A DNA stretch of 51,953 nucleotides, filler included, from Sphacelaria rigidula (taxonomy: Eukaryota), in the NCBI GenBank assembly GCA_964200075.2. It is 3 parts of 3 records of this genome, joined end to end, with 100 filler letters (N's around TTAATTAATTAA, not from the genome) between each part and the next. Parts side by side here need not be neighbours in the genome. Positions count along the whole stretch, not along the records: positions 17,362 to 34,609 come from CAXNAA020001130.1; positions 34,710 to 51,953 come from CAXNAA020001131.1; 1 more part is not named here. One strand, 5' to 3'. Made by a program: the position numbers and the translations under genes. The first letter of the stretch is position 1. Each line of letters begins with the position of its first letter. Below are positions 32,820 to 45,999 of the stretch, piece after piece. The notes beneath the pieces were generated by a model. It was not told the DNA's origin, did not search any database, and worked only from the letters and a program-made list of their open reading frames with translations.

Positions 32820-34500
32820 CTCGTTCCCGGTGTAGCGTGCGTACTGCTTCATATTAACGAAATCGATGAGTTTGGCTGCTTCACTTACTATCATGTCATC
32901 ACTTCTTCTTACTGCTGCTGCTGCTGCTGCTGCTGTCCTACAGTTGTTCGCTGTACGCTGCACAAGTGTACTAGTCTCAATCACATTCTTGAAAACAACA
33001 TAGTACCACGTATATAGAAATATAAAGCGGAAGGTTCTACTCATCAGACTCGCAACTAAGTAGGGGCACAAAACACGACCATCGAAGTTTGAATTATTGA
33101 AGCCTGTCGGTCTGTCGGTCTGTCGGTCTGTCTGGTGACGAGTTACGCCACATGGAGCACTTGCGGGCAGCTGCTAGAGTGGCTGCAGGAGGCGCATGAA
33201 AGATTATCGCAGTTTTATGCACGTTGCAAGCATATTAAGATCATGATAAGTTGAGAATAAAGTTCATTTAACCCTCAGACAGCGAGCGTCGTCTCGGAAC
33301 AGTTTCACAGGCTGACAGCCCGGAGACATTCAGGGGTTTCTAGTGACCGGAGGGGGGGAAGTGTCCGTTCGTAGAGCAGCCGAAAAGATCCCCAAGTCAA
33401 CCATGTGTATTTGGAAATTTCCTGCGGAAGATTCTAAGGATGGAACAAGGCCCGAAAGGAGCGGAATGACCGTTCTGAGCAATCATGGCCGTGAAAATGA
33501 GCACATAGTTCCACGTCGCCGTCCACCGGTACTTCTCATTTTGATCATGGCCATTCAACCGTAGATTACATCGGTACAAACAACTTGTTTTGTACTCTGC
33601 TCGAGGTCTGCGCCGCCTGTCTGACGCCTCATGCGTCGCCAGCATAGCTTCACACTGTCGTGTCATCCTTTCAACCAACACAGATGTGGAGTTTCAACAT
33701 CATCAGACGCCAGGTGTGCTGTGTTTGGACTCCCAACCTTCCAAAATCACGGCCTCCATATTATTGAACGGTAATGGCACTGCATCAGGTCGCACACCCG
33801 GAGAATTTACAAGTTGCCTGCTGTTGCATGTTCAGGGCCTGGTGGGCTTTTACTTATTATGCCAGCACGGTTTTGAAGTATTTGTTCATCTTGAAAACAA
33901 TGATGGGTCGCTATTTTGTAAAACCGTGCGAGCATCATAAGTAAAAGCCTAGTGCCTGACCATGGGTGCCGCTGAACCACAAGAATCACATGTGCAGCAT
34001 ACGCTTCACGACTTTGCAGCCAAGCAGAGCTGAGGAAGTTCTTCTCAGCGCCCAAGCATGTGAAATCGAGGTTGGAGCAACTTCTGTCTCTTTCCCGTCT
34101 TGTTGTGATTGTTCTTTGCTCATTACCCTGTTAGATTTTGTTTCGTGACTTTCTCCTCTGTTTTTCTCGTGTTTGGTGTTGTTTTTGGCCATGGCCGTAC
34201 GAGCATACCCGTGGTCCCATTTGCTCATGGTTGCCTCCACTCGTGCAGCTACAGTTGCTGTACAAGCGGGGTTTGCTCTGTGGAGAGAAAGAGAGTAGAG
34301 GCTTGAAGTGATTGACAGCAAGAGTTGATCCGTGGGTGTCGGCATAGATTGACGTACGTATGTTGAGCCATCTGTTCTTGAGTGTCGGCTGAAGATGTCT
34401 AAATTATCCATATCGTATGATCTGTCAACGTCGAGTAAGCATGAACCGGCATGCATTCCCTCTTGGGTGGCATTCATGGCGCATCCCTTCACCGCCTGTT
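32820..34500 (-). pseudogene. Possible degenerate exonic sequence of an unknown gene
   Basis: Protein-like stretches (MIVSEAAKLIDFVNMKQYARYTGNE|gt; VEATMSKWDHGYARTAMAKNNTKHEK) occur, but the frames are broken by stops and no family was recognised. Confidence 0.25.
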
Positions 34501-34609
34501 ATTTTCTGCTCTTACTTACCCCCCCCCCCCCCCCCGTAGCCTGGTCCGGCGAGAACCCGGCGTGCCCCGTCCCCGCTTTTTAGGGGCGGCCCCCCGATGG
34601 GGTTGCCGT

Positions 34610-34709
34610 NNNNNNNNNNNNNNNNNNNNNNNNNNNNNNNNNNNNNNNNNNNNTTAATTAATTAANNNNNNNNNNNNNNNNNNNNNNNNNNNNNNNNNNN
34701 NNNNNNNNN
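34610..34709. other. Assembly gap with artificial six-frame-stop linker
   Basis: 100-nt N run with TTAATTAATTAA at 34654-34665. Confidence 0.97.
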
Positions 34710-35660
34710 GGCCTCAGTGGTCAGTTCTTGCAGAAAGCATGTTGGGCCTAGTGGAAGTGCATTTCGCAACTGAAACGATTCCTTCACTGATGGACCGCTT
34801 TTCACTCTCGATCGTATCATCTACTCTCAATCTCACGAAAACAATGTTGGTGATGGTAATCGCCAACCTAGTTTCAAGATTTGTTCAAAAAGCGATGTAC
34901 ACACGGCGGAAGTTGTGCTTTGAAAACAGACGTTCGAGCTTCCCCACGTGACAATTGATGAGAATCATCATTGACAAAGGTGGGAGTCGAATTGTTTTCT
35001 GATCCCTCGACGCGACAAAATCGGGTTGTTGCTTTTTCAGAATTGAGAGATGGAGGGTTGAGCTCTTCGGCACAACCCTCTTTGTTCATGTCCTCCCTCA
35101 GCCCACTCCGGTAGTTTACGCAGTCGGTATTATTCATATTTTCCCTGCTCGAGTTCCTTCTTGAGATAAAAGCCCGGTTTGATGTCTTTCGGCGCCGGGT
35201 TTGCGACCATGCATTCGTGGGGGATCACTTGATGTGCAACACTGGAGAGTTCCGGAACCGCGTTTGGTTTTCGTCACCGTATATCTCACGAAAACGGCGG
35301 GTTTGTAAATTTTACTCCTCTTCACACGACATATCTGATTCCGACAGTGTTGATAAAACAGATGAGAGAGTCGTCGGAAATATCAACTTTATGAAATATT
35401 CTCGGACGGAATGCGTGTCCGGAATCACACGACTAACCACTGAAGTGTTGACGAAATGCTGCCGTGTTCACCACCGTATCGATCTTCCAGATTGTATCAA
35501 CGTGTATTGTATACGACCTCTAGTGTCAGCTGTTGAGAATTTCTTCAGGTCCAAGACGATACGATTTCCACGGTGATACTTACCTTCGAAAGAGGAATAG
35601 ACGATGAAGAACTTGTTTCACAGGCACAGTGATATGTCGCTCGAAAATTGAAGCTGTTTC

Positions 35661-35916
35661 GAGTCATCCTACGATAGGGGTGGGGGGGTATTTGATTGCA
35701 CGAAAAAAAAGGCTGATAAGTGTGTCAGATGACCTGGAACACTCGCGATGCGCTGGTATTTGGTCCAAAACGGTGTTAATCGGTATGAATTAGCGTTATG
35801 TATCTAAAACAAGCTCGTTCGAGCAACCGTTGCTGATTTCAGCGGCGATTTGTCTTGGAATTTCGTGCAAGAAGTGGCCCAAAATACCCCCCCCCCCCCC
35901 TATCGTAGGGTGACTC
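35661..35916. mobile_element. Sola-like MITE (256 bp)
   Basis: TIRs GAGTCATCCTACGATAGGGG..GGGTATTT and AAATACCC..CCCCTATCGTAGGGTGACTC, with a 4-bp TSD TTTC at 35657-35660 and 35917-35920. GAG...CTC termini with a 4-bp TSD fit Sola2/Sola3. Confidence 0.85.
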
Positions 35917-36839
35917 TTTCACGAGCGTACGAAAACAAGACCCTGGGTGTGATTGGCATTCACTAAAAAAAACGGACAACACTTGATGCGCAACACTTCA
36001 TTCATCCAGGAGCCAAAAATCTTTGTCCGCTAAGAGGTATACGCGGAACGGGTTCTCGTTCCCAATCATTGAGACCCATTCACAAAGCATTGGTCCGAAG
36101 TAACCACATATACTCACAGAACGAATCGAACAAGCCTCTTCTGTATGGAAAACATTCTCCGTAAAAAAAAACAATCCAGTCAATGATGATATTCGTCTTC
36201 ATTTTCGCCACCTGAGTGCTACGCGCGCGTTGTCAACAGGATGAAAGCGGCAAGCGGCACTTGACCGGCCCGAAACACGAAACCATATGTATTGTGTCAG
36301 GGAAAAAAAGCAAGGAGACATATTCAGGGGCTAATACGAACACCACTGAGCATTTCACTGGAACGTACCTCATCAAGTGTATATCGAACGACGGAAGCAC
36401 GCAGTATATTGCACCTTCTGATGGATTCGGTGGGCAGTTTTCCAAAGTACTATCCAACAATACACCATCAGGTGCTTTTGTCATCGCCTCTGAATACCGC
36501 GTCCTCTCATCGGGTTCTTTGACACGGCATGATTTCGCGTTTTGAACTGCTCAAGGGCCGTTCGTCGCCCACACCCTGCAGGTTGGTTCACGCTTCTCAC
36601 CCAAAATTGTGTCATCAGCAAATGTCTTTCGCAATACCTACCCAACAGCCGCATACATGATATCATACTGACCGCCATGGACAGCTCAAGAGCGTGACAT
36701 AGCCGGGTTTGTGCGCTAACGGCGGAAAGGTATATAGACCAATCAGCGCCCGCTAAGTTGTCCCGAGAACGAAATTACAAATTCAAAGCCCAATATTCAC
36801 CCAATCTCCACATTTCGAATCATACCCGAAACCGTGATA

Positions 36840-38000
36840 TTTCGGTGATGTCGGGTGTTGGCGTCGTCTAATTTCCACTCATGATACGCACGAAAGACCC
36901 AGGGAGCCTCGTGACGATGTTCCCTGTATCTGTTGTAGAAGAGCTCAGATCGCCCTCAAACTTGGCAGTTCCGTGGGCATTGATGCTCCAAATAGAAAAA
37001 ATTGTATTCTTGACAGTGAATATTTCATGGTTTCTTCGTTATCTACCGGCTTCCAGGGGTCCCCGTATGAAGACCCACGGAACGCGGTGTAAAATGCCCC
37101 AAACGCAAAACAAAATCCAACAGATGCGTCCCGGGACAGTCCAGGGAACACATGTACAAAGTTTGGTGGAGAAAAGTGAAGACCCCGTGAAAGTTTTTTT
37201 GCCTTGACGTAAAGTTCACCCCGAAATACGTTTTCATACTGAAACCAAGTAACTAAGAGTTGTACTTTTCAAGCCCACGTCCTCCACAAACGCGCGAACC
37301 TTCACGCCGTTATGAGGAGTTAGACCCTGAAGCTTTGCACAAATATGCTCTGTGCCATTACTCAATTTTCCATGGACGGGGTTTCTTTACTTCTTGAGTT
37401 TTCACCGTTTTTCGGGAGTCCCACGGAATCCAAGTCGGTTTTTGAAGTAGTCTCCATTATGGGACCCCAGAAAACCGGCACTACGATTTTCGTCTCTTTT
37501 TTCCGTGGACGAGCTGTCGCCGCATAACCCAGTAGAGGGCCCTTCAGAACTTCGTGGCCAAACTCGATCAACTGATGTGGAATTTTTCATGTTCACGTCA
37601 GAGAAGGCCGACAAACGCCGTTTTCGTACGAAAATTCAAGTAGTTTGCGGTTTCACCGCGGCACGTCAAAGTTCGTCGCACAAAAGCATAAAACCTCACG
37701 CTTTTTTGAAGGAGTTAGACCCTGATATTTTGCACAAATATACTATGGGTATTTACGCAACGTTGGATCGATGAGGTCCTTTGCTTTGTTCTTTCTTTAC
37801 CGTTTTACGGGGGTTCGATTACGTCGATGTTTCCTCGAAAACCCTGGGGCCCCCGAAAAATGGTGGAAAAGTCGAAACGTCGAAAAACCTCGACCTTGAA
37901 AAGTTGCGTAATGCCTCATAGAACATCTGTGCAAAATCTCGAGGACTAACTCCTTCAAACGGCGTGAGGTTTTGCCGATGAGTGTTTTTTGGGGCATAGC
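36840..38000. repeat. Transposon terminal/subterminal region with internal direct and inverted repeats; related to 44145-44790
   Basis: gaggagttagaccctga...tttgcacaaatat occurs at ~37314 and ~37708 and inverted at ~37925-37960. gcgtcgt.t.atttccact.atgatacg.ac.aaagac occurs at ~36861 and ~44159. Confidence 0.65.
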
Positions 38001-38369
38001 CCTCAACAAGCCTGCGAAAGGATCCAGTATAGCTCACGAGGCTCAGGTGAAACGTTCGCGCCCAAACAATCAAACAAATCATCTGTAGAACGGAAATGAG
38101 CGTGGAACGGTCCGCTTTTTGCTAGTATGTATCATGTTCGTGAGATCATGAACGGATTTGTTTTCGAAACTGGAGATTTCTTGTGATTTGCACGAAGACG
38201 GCCGAATCGCCCGCCCGGTCTTCACCCGCGCCTCAACCCGTGATCTGACGGGAATTTCGGCGCAACGAGATTCATGATCGACGTGCTCAGGGTGGAGATA
38301 TTAGGATAATCATGTTGAACAAGTGGCACATTTTTGGCCGTATCTCATGAAAGGCGTCACCGATTTCAA

Positions 38370-38521
38370 ACTTCTCCCGCGCATTTCACCGACTCGGTGA
38401 GCCTACAGCGCTGACCGAAACCGTCATTTTCCCTGCATTTTCAAGGGTGTGATGTCCGGTGAAACGTCGGTTTCGGTCAGCGCTGTAGGCTCACGGAGTG
38501 GGTAAGATGCACGGGAAAAGT
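38370..38521. repeat. 152-bp hairpin with a 27-bp perfect stem core
   Basis: gtgagcctacagcgctgaccgaaaccg (38397-38423) pairs perfectly with cggtttcggtcagcgctgtaggctcac (38468-38494). The arms extend to ~54 bp with mismatches. Confidence 0.9.
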
Positions 38522-39227
38522 ACCTACGCGATCGAGGGGCATTAGGCCGACAAAAAGGTCATCATCAGGCACAATCGCTGAAAGTGTGGGGAAAGCACCG
38601 TTTCGAGCTTGAACCGCATTTCATCATACAACCGGATTTTACAGAGTTGTCTGTTCAAAGATTACGAACCATATATCAAATAATGCTGTATGGTTTTGTC
38701 CTTGTGCCTCCACTATGCCGGGGCGTAAAACCCGTCCGGGCTGTTGTACGCCGGCCATGTTTGTTTCCCACCCATATCTACGCATGCCTGGGGGGTCTTC
38801 AAAACCAAAGTACATGCTTTAATTGTGTACTCAAACCCGCCGTACGAAGACGTTTGAGGGATATCCATGTGTCCGTGAATTCTAGACATAACAGTAAGCG
38901 AAACACCACACAGCAACACACCGCACCGGAGGAAGGGAACAATGACACCAGTTTCTCCACCCGATATTTAGTCATGGTACAGTAGTGATGAGGTGGTGAT
39001 AGCTACACGGTAAAACGATGGAGGCGTCTGTTATGAGCGAGTCATGTGTCCGTGTGGTCGACCAGAAGCCTTGAGATATCACCCGGATATGTCCCCCCAT
39101 CACCTCACCTTTTTTTCAACCCACATTATGAACGATCGGGTGAGACTGTTCAATCAACTAGTGAAATTATACACTACTAGACGTTCTTTTCAGGATGCAG
39201 TATTCGTCCATCCTACTGATAACTGGC

Positions 39228-39300
39228 TGCCCCGGTGGCTCAGTTGGTAACCTTCGAACCTTCCGACAGTTGGGGCGTGGGTTCGAATCTCGGTGAAGTC
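39228..39300 (+). mobile_element. tRNA-derived SINE head or tRNA pseudogene
   Basis: Pol III A box TGGCTCAGTTGG (39236-39247) and B box GGTTCGAATCTC (39280-39291) at tRNA-like spacing. The acceptor and anticodon stems do not pair. Confidence 0.65.
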
Positions 39301-39329
39301 AGATGATCGGAGATTGATATCACACATCA

Positions 39330-41500
39330 CAACCTACAGGGGATAGCGATTCCAAAAGATCTTCTTGACATTGAGAGTGAAGCTGACGATTGTGAGACAG
39401 ATTTCAACAGGAAGGCGGCTGTTTTGGTGCGTTCCATTGATGCACGAAACGCTTATGAGTAACAACAAGAACGACCCGTTAGTCGAACCATGAATAGAAG
39501 CAGGGACGAGCACATCAGTCATCAAAAATGTTTTTTCTATCAACGCGCCATGTACGTTAAATAGGTTATGATCACTCGTCGGACAGAATGTCATACATGC
39601 CAAAACGGTTTGTCCCATTAATACGTCGAACGCGAGTGTAGGGTATCGACCCGTCGCGTTTCCAAAGAACCGTATATCGGCGTTCATTTGCTTTCGAAAC
39701 ATTTGTCCAACGACAACTTCGTCGGGACCTCAAAGCTGTGGTTGAAAAGATTACAGATCAGGGTCACCCAGTAGCGTTTCATGTGAAAATAGTGCCGATT
39801 CCATAAAGGATACAAGACATTTGACTCGGATGCCATGCTCTCAATGTCACGGAATCATCGTTTCATGTCATGAGTACGCAACGTTCGTCTTCACGGCTGA
39901 CGATGGAAAGGAATCACCAGAGGCTTTTCGTGACAAAAAGGATGACAAGGCCAGCAGAATGAAGGTGGGGTACTGAGGAGAAAAAACGACACATATCTCT
40001 TGACCCTTCTCCAATGTGACCCCGGCTGATGTGTTTATGTGCACTGAAAGGTGTTGATTGGCGTCCAGAAAAGATAGGGCGGCAACACACACAACTAAAG
40101 TACTACGGCATCATAGTGCAGTTGCGGACAACCTGTCGTATGCATGTGCTAGTGCGTGTCCTCCACAATGGTGACCGAGCTCTGAGCACTACCTCTGCGT
40201 AAGTCGGGTCGACTGCGCGGCGTGGGCTCAAGCTGAGGTCATGGTTTGCAACACCGACCACTCCCGACGCAAGGACAGGCAAGAGCACAACGGGAGCTGT
40301 TGTTGTCTGCAGCCGTACCGTTGTATATTGACCGTATACGGGCAGTGCACATCCTCCAAGAACATGATGCAACTCACCGTCCAACGACCATCTTCATGCT
40401 TTGCCGATACGGGGCAAAGAAAAAAGCACCGTAGAACGCCAACACAGGCAAGCGCAGCTGAAAGATCCCATCGCACCATCAAGCGTGGTGTCAGTTCGGG
40501 ACAGCAGCGGCGGTGTATACACGAGTACACAGCGGAGCCGAAGGGCAAGAGGTGGCGCAGGGTGGTGTAAGCTAATATCAGTGCATGTGTACGAGGTCAC
40601 GCCATGTGGAGCATGGAGAATTGCTGGTAGATAGCAAAAGCGGCGTCGTGTGTTTTCCTCGAATACAAGTACGAGTACGCGTACCTGACACCACAGCAAG
40701 AGACCTCGGACCGTAGGTGGAGGATGAATGCAGGCAACCGCACATCATAGTTTCCTCGGTCTGGTTGACAAGTTCGACGGCTCAAAAACCCTTGATGTAC
40801 GTGTAGAGACAAGCACAAAACAGTTGATCATCGAAATTGAAGGTGGCGCTTGACATCGAGGATGAGAACCCGGAAGATTCAAGTATTCGTATCCGCACCC
40901 AATCTTCGAAATATGGTCCCGTCCCTTCATCTACTAGTAGCTGTTTATAGGTACTACACGTCATACCAATTTGGATTCCGATAACTGAAACGTTGGGGTC
41001 CTAGGTGAAAAACCAATTTCGAGGAATTCCGGCAATTCGATTGGATCACTTGAATTGCCTAGAGTTGATGTTTCGTCTAGAACACCAACTTTTCGGTTAT
41101 CGAAATCCAAATTTGTAGGGCGTGTAGCAGTTGTCAATAGCTACCAGTAGGTGAAGGGGTTGAACTATTTTTCGACGGTTTGGTGTGGATACGAATATTT
41201 TAATCCTCCGGATTCTCACCCTCAATGAAAAACTTCATCCTCAATTTCGATGATCGGCTGTGATATTTGGATCTTCCAGCGGCCGAGAGTCCCGGACGCC
41301 CGCCAGAGTGCGCCCGCCTCGGTTTTGCTCGAGTCGGCGCCCTCGCGTTAACGTCTCTTACTGTGGGTATCCCATCTGCAGCTAACAAGCTACTGGCTGA
41401 CGAAAAATGATGGTGGTTACTAGGGGCCATGTCGCATCGTAGAACTGATGGCTTCAGGTGTATGATGACCACAATATTATGAGTTCAGGCTGGCGTGCAG
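39330..41500 (-). pseudogene. Decayed KDZ (Kyakuja-Dileera-Zisupton)-like transposase, interrupted by a MITE
   Basis: Across frameshifts, in the expected order: LLAADGI (~41375), EHGIRV (~39835), RFFGNAT (~39665) and SFLLLL/KRFVHQWN (~39430-39475). Confidence 0.4.
40821..41260. mobile_element. 440-bp fully palindromic MITE (CAG termini, Tc1/mariner-like)
   Basis: The arms pair end to end: cagttgatcatcgaaattga with tcaatttcgatgatcggctg; gagaacccggaagatt.aagtattcgtatcc with ggatacgaatattttaatcctccggattctc; aatttggattccgataac with gttatcgaaatccaaatt. The centre is near 41045. The TA TSD is not preserved. Confidence 0.85.
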
Positions 41501-42869
41501 CTAGCTGATGCCCTGCTTTGCATACATGTGAGAAAGTAGGATCCGGTCGTTGAAGAGCCAAAGGTAGACAATATGGGTACCCCACTCCAGAGGTGTACCG
41601 CTCCTGGGCGTCACTTGCAGCTCCAAATACCTCAAGGCAGAAACTAGATCATCGACTGAAACCAGAAGCTGCGTGTTATTCCTCAGAGCATCACAACGGC
41701 TGAGCCGACTTACCCATGCAGTACCCTACCTAAATCACATTCCACCACTATGCTACTATCGCACACGACGGGAAGAAGGGTTACGTGGAACAAAAGCAGC
41801 AATCATCTATAGCGTATGTGACGGTATGGTGATCAGTATCGAGAAAAGCGAACATGTAAAGTATTCAAAGCATCCACCCAATCTCGTAGATCTTCATTCA
41901 GAACTCATTCGTTTGACGGGATATCATTTTCTACAACTTTCTGAGCGTAGCTCATCACCACGCATTTACCCTCGAAAACAACATAACATGTGGATATTTT
42001 GCTCTCGCCGCAAGGCTGTACGTCGTAGGGTGTGTGTGGAGGGTTGCTACAGGGGATTCTGGACCTTGTACAGGTTCTGTAGAGGGTCGCCGCAAGGGGT
42101 TCAAGACCTTTAGAGGATCGCCCTCATTTCTTCACTGATTGTTACTGATCCCTCATGATCTATTCTATATCTGCTACTTCTATTTTCTCACAATTTATTC
42201 TTCATCTTGTATTCCTCATTCTCCATTCACCGTTCTTCGTTTTTCATTCTCCAGTGTTTCAAGGTTCGGACGGATCATCGTCGATTCGAATCACCGTCGG
42301 TTCGAATCACCACACGCACCATTGGTCAGGCCTCATTACTCGAATGAGAGAAAACAATTGCTGGCTGTTTGAAAGCAGTTCCTTGCAATGTCCGAGCCAT
42401 TTCACGTACCTGGGTTCCAACGCTGACAACAACGCCCAAGGATTGGTTCGAACGACACGAATCAATTGTACTAAAATCAAGTAAACTTCAGACGCATCAC
42501 TAACTTGGAGGAACACACTTTGTCCGAAGCTGTCCAGTCACTTAGATATTGATGCCAGCATAATAGGTTGGTGTGAAGAAGAAAATTGTGAATCATAGCT
42601 TAACACTCCCCGGGTACTGACCACTGCTATGGCTCGCCGCCGAACGCCTAGTTGCTCCTTGTGCTAATTGTGGTCAAAACAGTAAAGAATGTAACACGCA
42701 GCAAGTGTGTACCCGCGTGGTAAGACAGCAGATGTCCTCATACCTGTAGTGCATTAGCATCCGAGACCGGTTCTTGGACCAGCACTCTTCCGGATATGTT
42801 TTCCACAGACAGTATCATACCCACCGACGACTCGTACGCGATAACAGTGTATTTGGCGATTACGAATAC

Positions 42870-42960
42870 AACGACGACGACGACGACGACTGCTGCTGCT
42901 GCTGCTGCTGCTGCTGCTACTACTACTACTACTACTACTACTTCTAGCACTGCTACTACT
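42870..42960. repeat. Compound microsatellite (ACG)n(GCT)n(ACT)n
   Basis: Directly visible. Confidence 0.95.
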
Positions 42961-44929
42961 GTAGGCACCCCGCAACAAACACTTGGTTAACGAAACTTGG
43001 CGAGGGGAGAACACGAGAAAAAGGGGAACAGGACAAAACAAGTAAAGCGACCAAAAATGAGGGACATGAAGAGGGAAGGAAGCGAGAGGAAAGGAGACGA
43101 CCCAAAGTGTCGGCTCAGACACGTATGTGGAGCTTTTGGCAGCGGAAACGGAGTAACACGCGCTACATCTTTTGTCATTACTCGCACTCACCTTCCTCGA
43201 AAGTTTCTCAATATACGGGTGACCGAATCCCGGCGCCAGCACGTGTGCTCGGGATGCACCGAACACAAACACTGGTAGAACCACATGTCGACCCTATTTT
43301 CATTATTTTGTTCAAGATGGAACGACCAAGCCACAAGCATTCGGGGGCGGAGGATAGGTTATGAGCATGGCGGGGGGCGCATAGATCGAGTAAGCATCGC
43401 CCGCATTTATCCACGGAGTGGACGAGCGAGCAACTGTACTTCACCTGTAACGCAATTTTCGCGAACCCCGGTCGAATCTCTTTCAGCTTCTCTATCTCCT
43501 GAGACACGAACATCTCTCCAATTCCACCGGAGCAAACACCGACCGCCTTCTCCAGAACGCCATTTTTTTCCGAGGGTAGAGGCAATTGGTGGGAAGAGGG
43601 TAGGGGGGTTACATCTCAGTCCGCTACTGTTTCTGCTCAGCGTCACTGCTAAATCGTGGACAGGTTCACTGTGCTTTGGTCGCTTCTCAAACGGGCGTTC
43701 AAAGAATAACAGCCAACAAAATCCCATGTCACTCGTAACGCGTGGCCAGGGAACCGAATGAAGAAGGAGAGACACAGGGCGGATATACGGTACACGCTGA
43801 TGGTTCAAGGTGAATGCCCAAAACATTTTTTCCGCTAGATACAGAACCCACAACTGACCCGATTGAAACATATTTGGTATCATCGTAATCCCCAGGAGCA
43901 AGCGAACAGTGTGACACAGTCAGAACTTGCTTTGCTTCCTTTTCTGTGGCGCTAGTGATGAAGTTGTTTCTCGCTAATCGGGGGCCTTCAGATTGTTCTG
44001 AAGTTCAAAATGCACGCAGTATTCCCGACACAATTGTTACCTAAACGTATCGTAAATGAAACCATCGTGGCCGTCATCAGTCAGGAAATCTGACATGGAA
44101 AACGCTCGGGAGAAACCATTTGTACGGAATCGAGTGAGAGCCCAGACGTGGTGATTTCGCGTCGTTTGATTTCCACTGATGATACGAACCAAAGACTCCA
44201 AAAACCTCGTTGCGGTCGTACACCCGCCGTGGATGGGCTACGAAAATCCTCAAAGTCCGCAGTTAAAGATATTCGGGTGCTCGAAATGGATCAAAACAAA
44301 TGTTGGAAGAAGTTTCGAGATTCATCTCTCTACCGGCGCCCGGGAATCCCGGTTGGAGACTCTTCGAAGCCGATACACAATGCTTGAAAATGAACACAAT
44401 GCCAAATTTTCTCGTGCCGAGGTAGTCCAAGGGAGGTTTGCACAGCGGTTTGTCACCTATCTCGAAAACCTGAGCCCAAGCGGTCGACGTAAGCTTCAAC
44501 GCGCAATGGAACGGTCGGTAGTATACTATAATCAAGTAATCAAGAGCTTTGTGCACATTTGTACACTCGATCGCACGCGCGCGGGATTTCTCACGTGGAG
44601 GTTTCGAGTTGGATCCTGTACATTTCCATACGTGCGCTACGACGTATTTTGATATGGTTTACGAATGCATCCTTTTGTTTTCCTTTTTTCCCTCAGATAT
44701 CCGGGGTCCCAGGAAGCAACATGAGCCCCGGGACCCTCGGAACCCTTGGTTTTAGGCAAAAAAAGTACGAGCTTCACCCGTTTTCGTTTTTTGTTCTTTC
44801 ATTTGTCGCACTCTGAACCTCCCCCCCTCCTCGGGGGACGGGTCCGTGGTCTCAAGGGATCAAACCATCTCTCCCCGGTACTCAGGAAACTCGGGAAAAC
44901 TGCGTGAAAAACCCGATGAGGGGTAAAGT

Positions 44930-45720
44930 TTGAGCGTTGAACCTGAACCAGCCTGTATGACGGTGTGTCGTTCTCCCCGTTGTTGTACGATCACCACCTG
45001 TTGCTCTACCCGCACGCTCCACGCATCACATGTCTATCATCTTCGCCTACTCACTCGAAACCCGGCCTCGAACATCGACCTGATAGCGGCGGAGCCGGCT
45101 TCTCGGACCCCCAGCAAGTTCACGAGATGGCGGACTACGGGTGTCCGCAGGAGCGCACTGGCCACTACACCCGACATGGGCCACATGTCAGGAAACTCGG
45201 CATGCAGAGCCGACATGCCCAGCACCGCTCCCAACGGCTTTAAGGTACAAATATTATGCAAGTTAGATGGGCACGCAGGCAGGGATCGGACGGTGAAGTG
45301 ATCTTGTCAAATGTTCATGCTCAAGTTCACTTCATCGCACAAGTGTTAATACTGTGCCGTCAGCTTACACGGGGAATATGCTGGGCAAGTGTTTACCCCG
45401 TGTGAGTGTTGCCATCCAAAGTCGACGCCGGTTTCGTTAGTCGTCGACCTTGGAACCAGATATGTTTGGTTAATCGATTCGCGCTCATCATAAACGAATG
45501 TATCTGAGAGTGATGCCGCGATACCCCGCCCCCCAGGACCGTGGCTGGTGTGGAGAGGCAAAATCGGCATGTCCATCAAAATGACAAACCCCAAGCATGC
45601 CAAGCAGCACAGAACTTCCACACTTGGGATCGGTTTGGCCAACCTCGCCCATATGAGGCGATTCATGCAGTCTTAAACTGCCCATCATATGCTGTACGGC
45701 CACCTTCTTCGTGAGAGTTT
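44930..45720 (-). pseudogene. Decayed KDZ-like transposase, C-terminal catalytic region
   Basis: Minus-strand frames give ETGVDFGWQHSHGV, ACPSNLHNIC, FPDMW/HVGCSG and VNLLGVREAGSA. This parallels the motif series TGGxFxxxCxHG, ACxLHxYC, DxxHWxxHxxCS and NSxxxEQ. Confidence 0.5.
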
Positions 45721-45999
45721 GTGGTTGGTTTGGGGGACGGGGCTATCGCGGCATGCCTACTCGTGAATCGTCATCATGTGTATCGTCTACGATGCGCTGC
45801 GTTGTGTATGCAAATATGGTTGGAATCGCTTCACAGCTGCGTCTTGTTCTACATTAGCTGGGTATGCGACGAACAGCGCGACACCCTATCCTCGGACTCC
45901 GTATTCATCTGCTGATTGACGCTTGTGCAGTGTGAGTCTTGCGCAAGAAATGGTTGGGGCCTCATGATGAAACGATCGCCTTCATCGATCACAAACCCT

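Noticed and set aside
39228-39300. Functional tRNA gene
   Set aside because: A and B boxes are present but the cloverleaf stems do not pair and there is no poly-T terminator.
41300-41380. VRDVNARA resembling the TnpB/Fanzor RDxNA motif
   Set aside because: No preceding CxxC zinc finger or other RuvC motifs, so it is probably chance.
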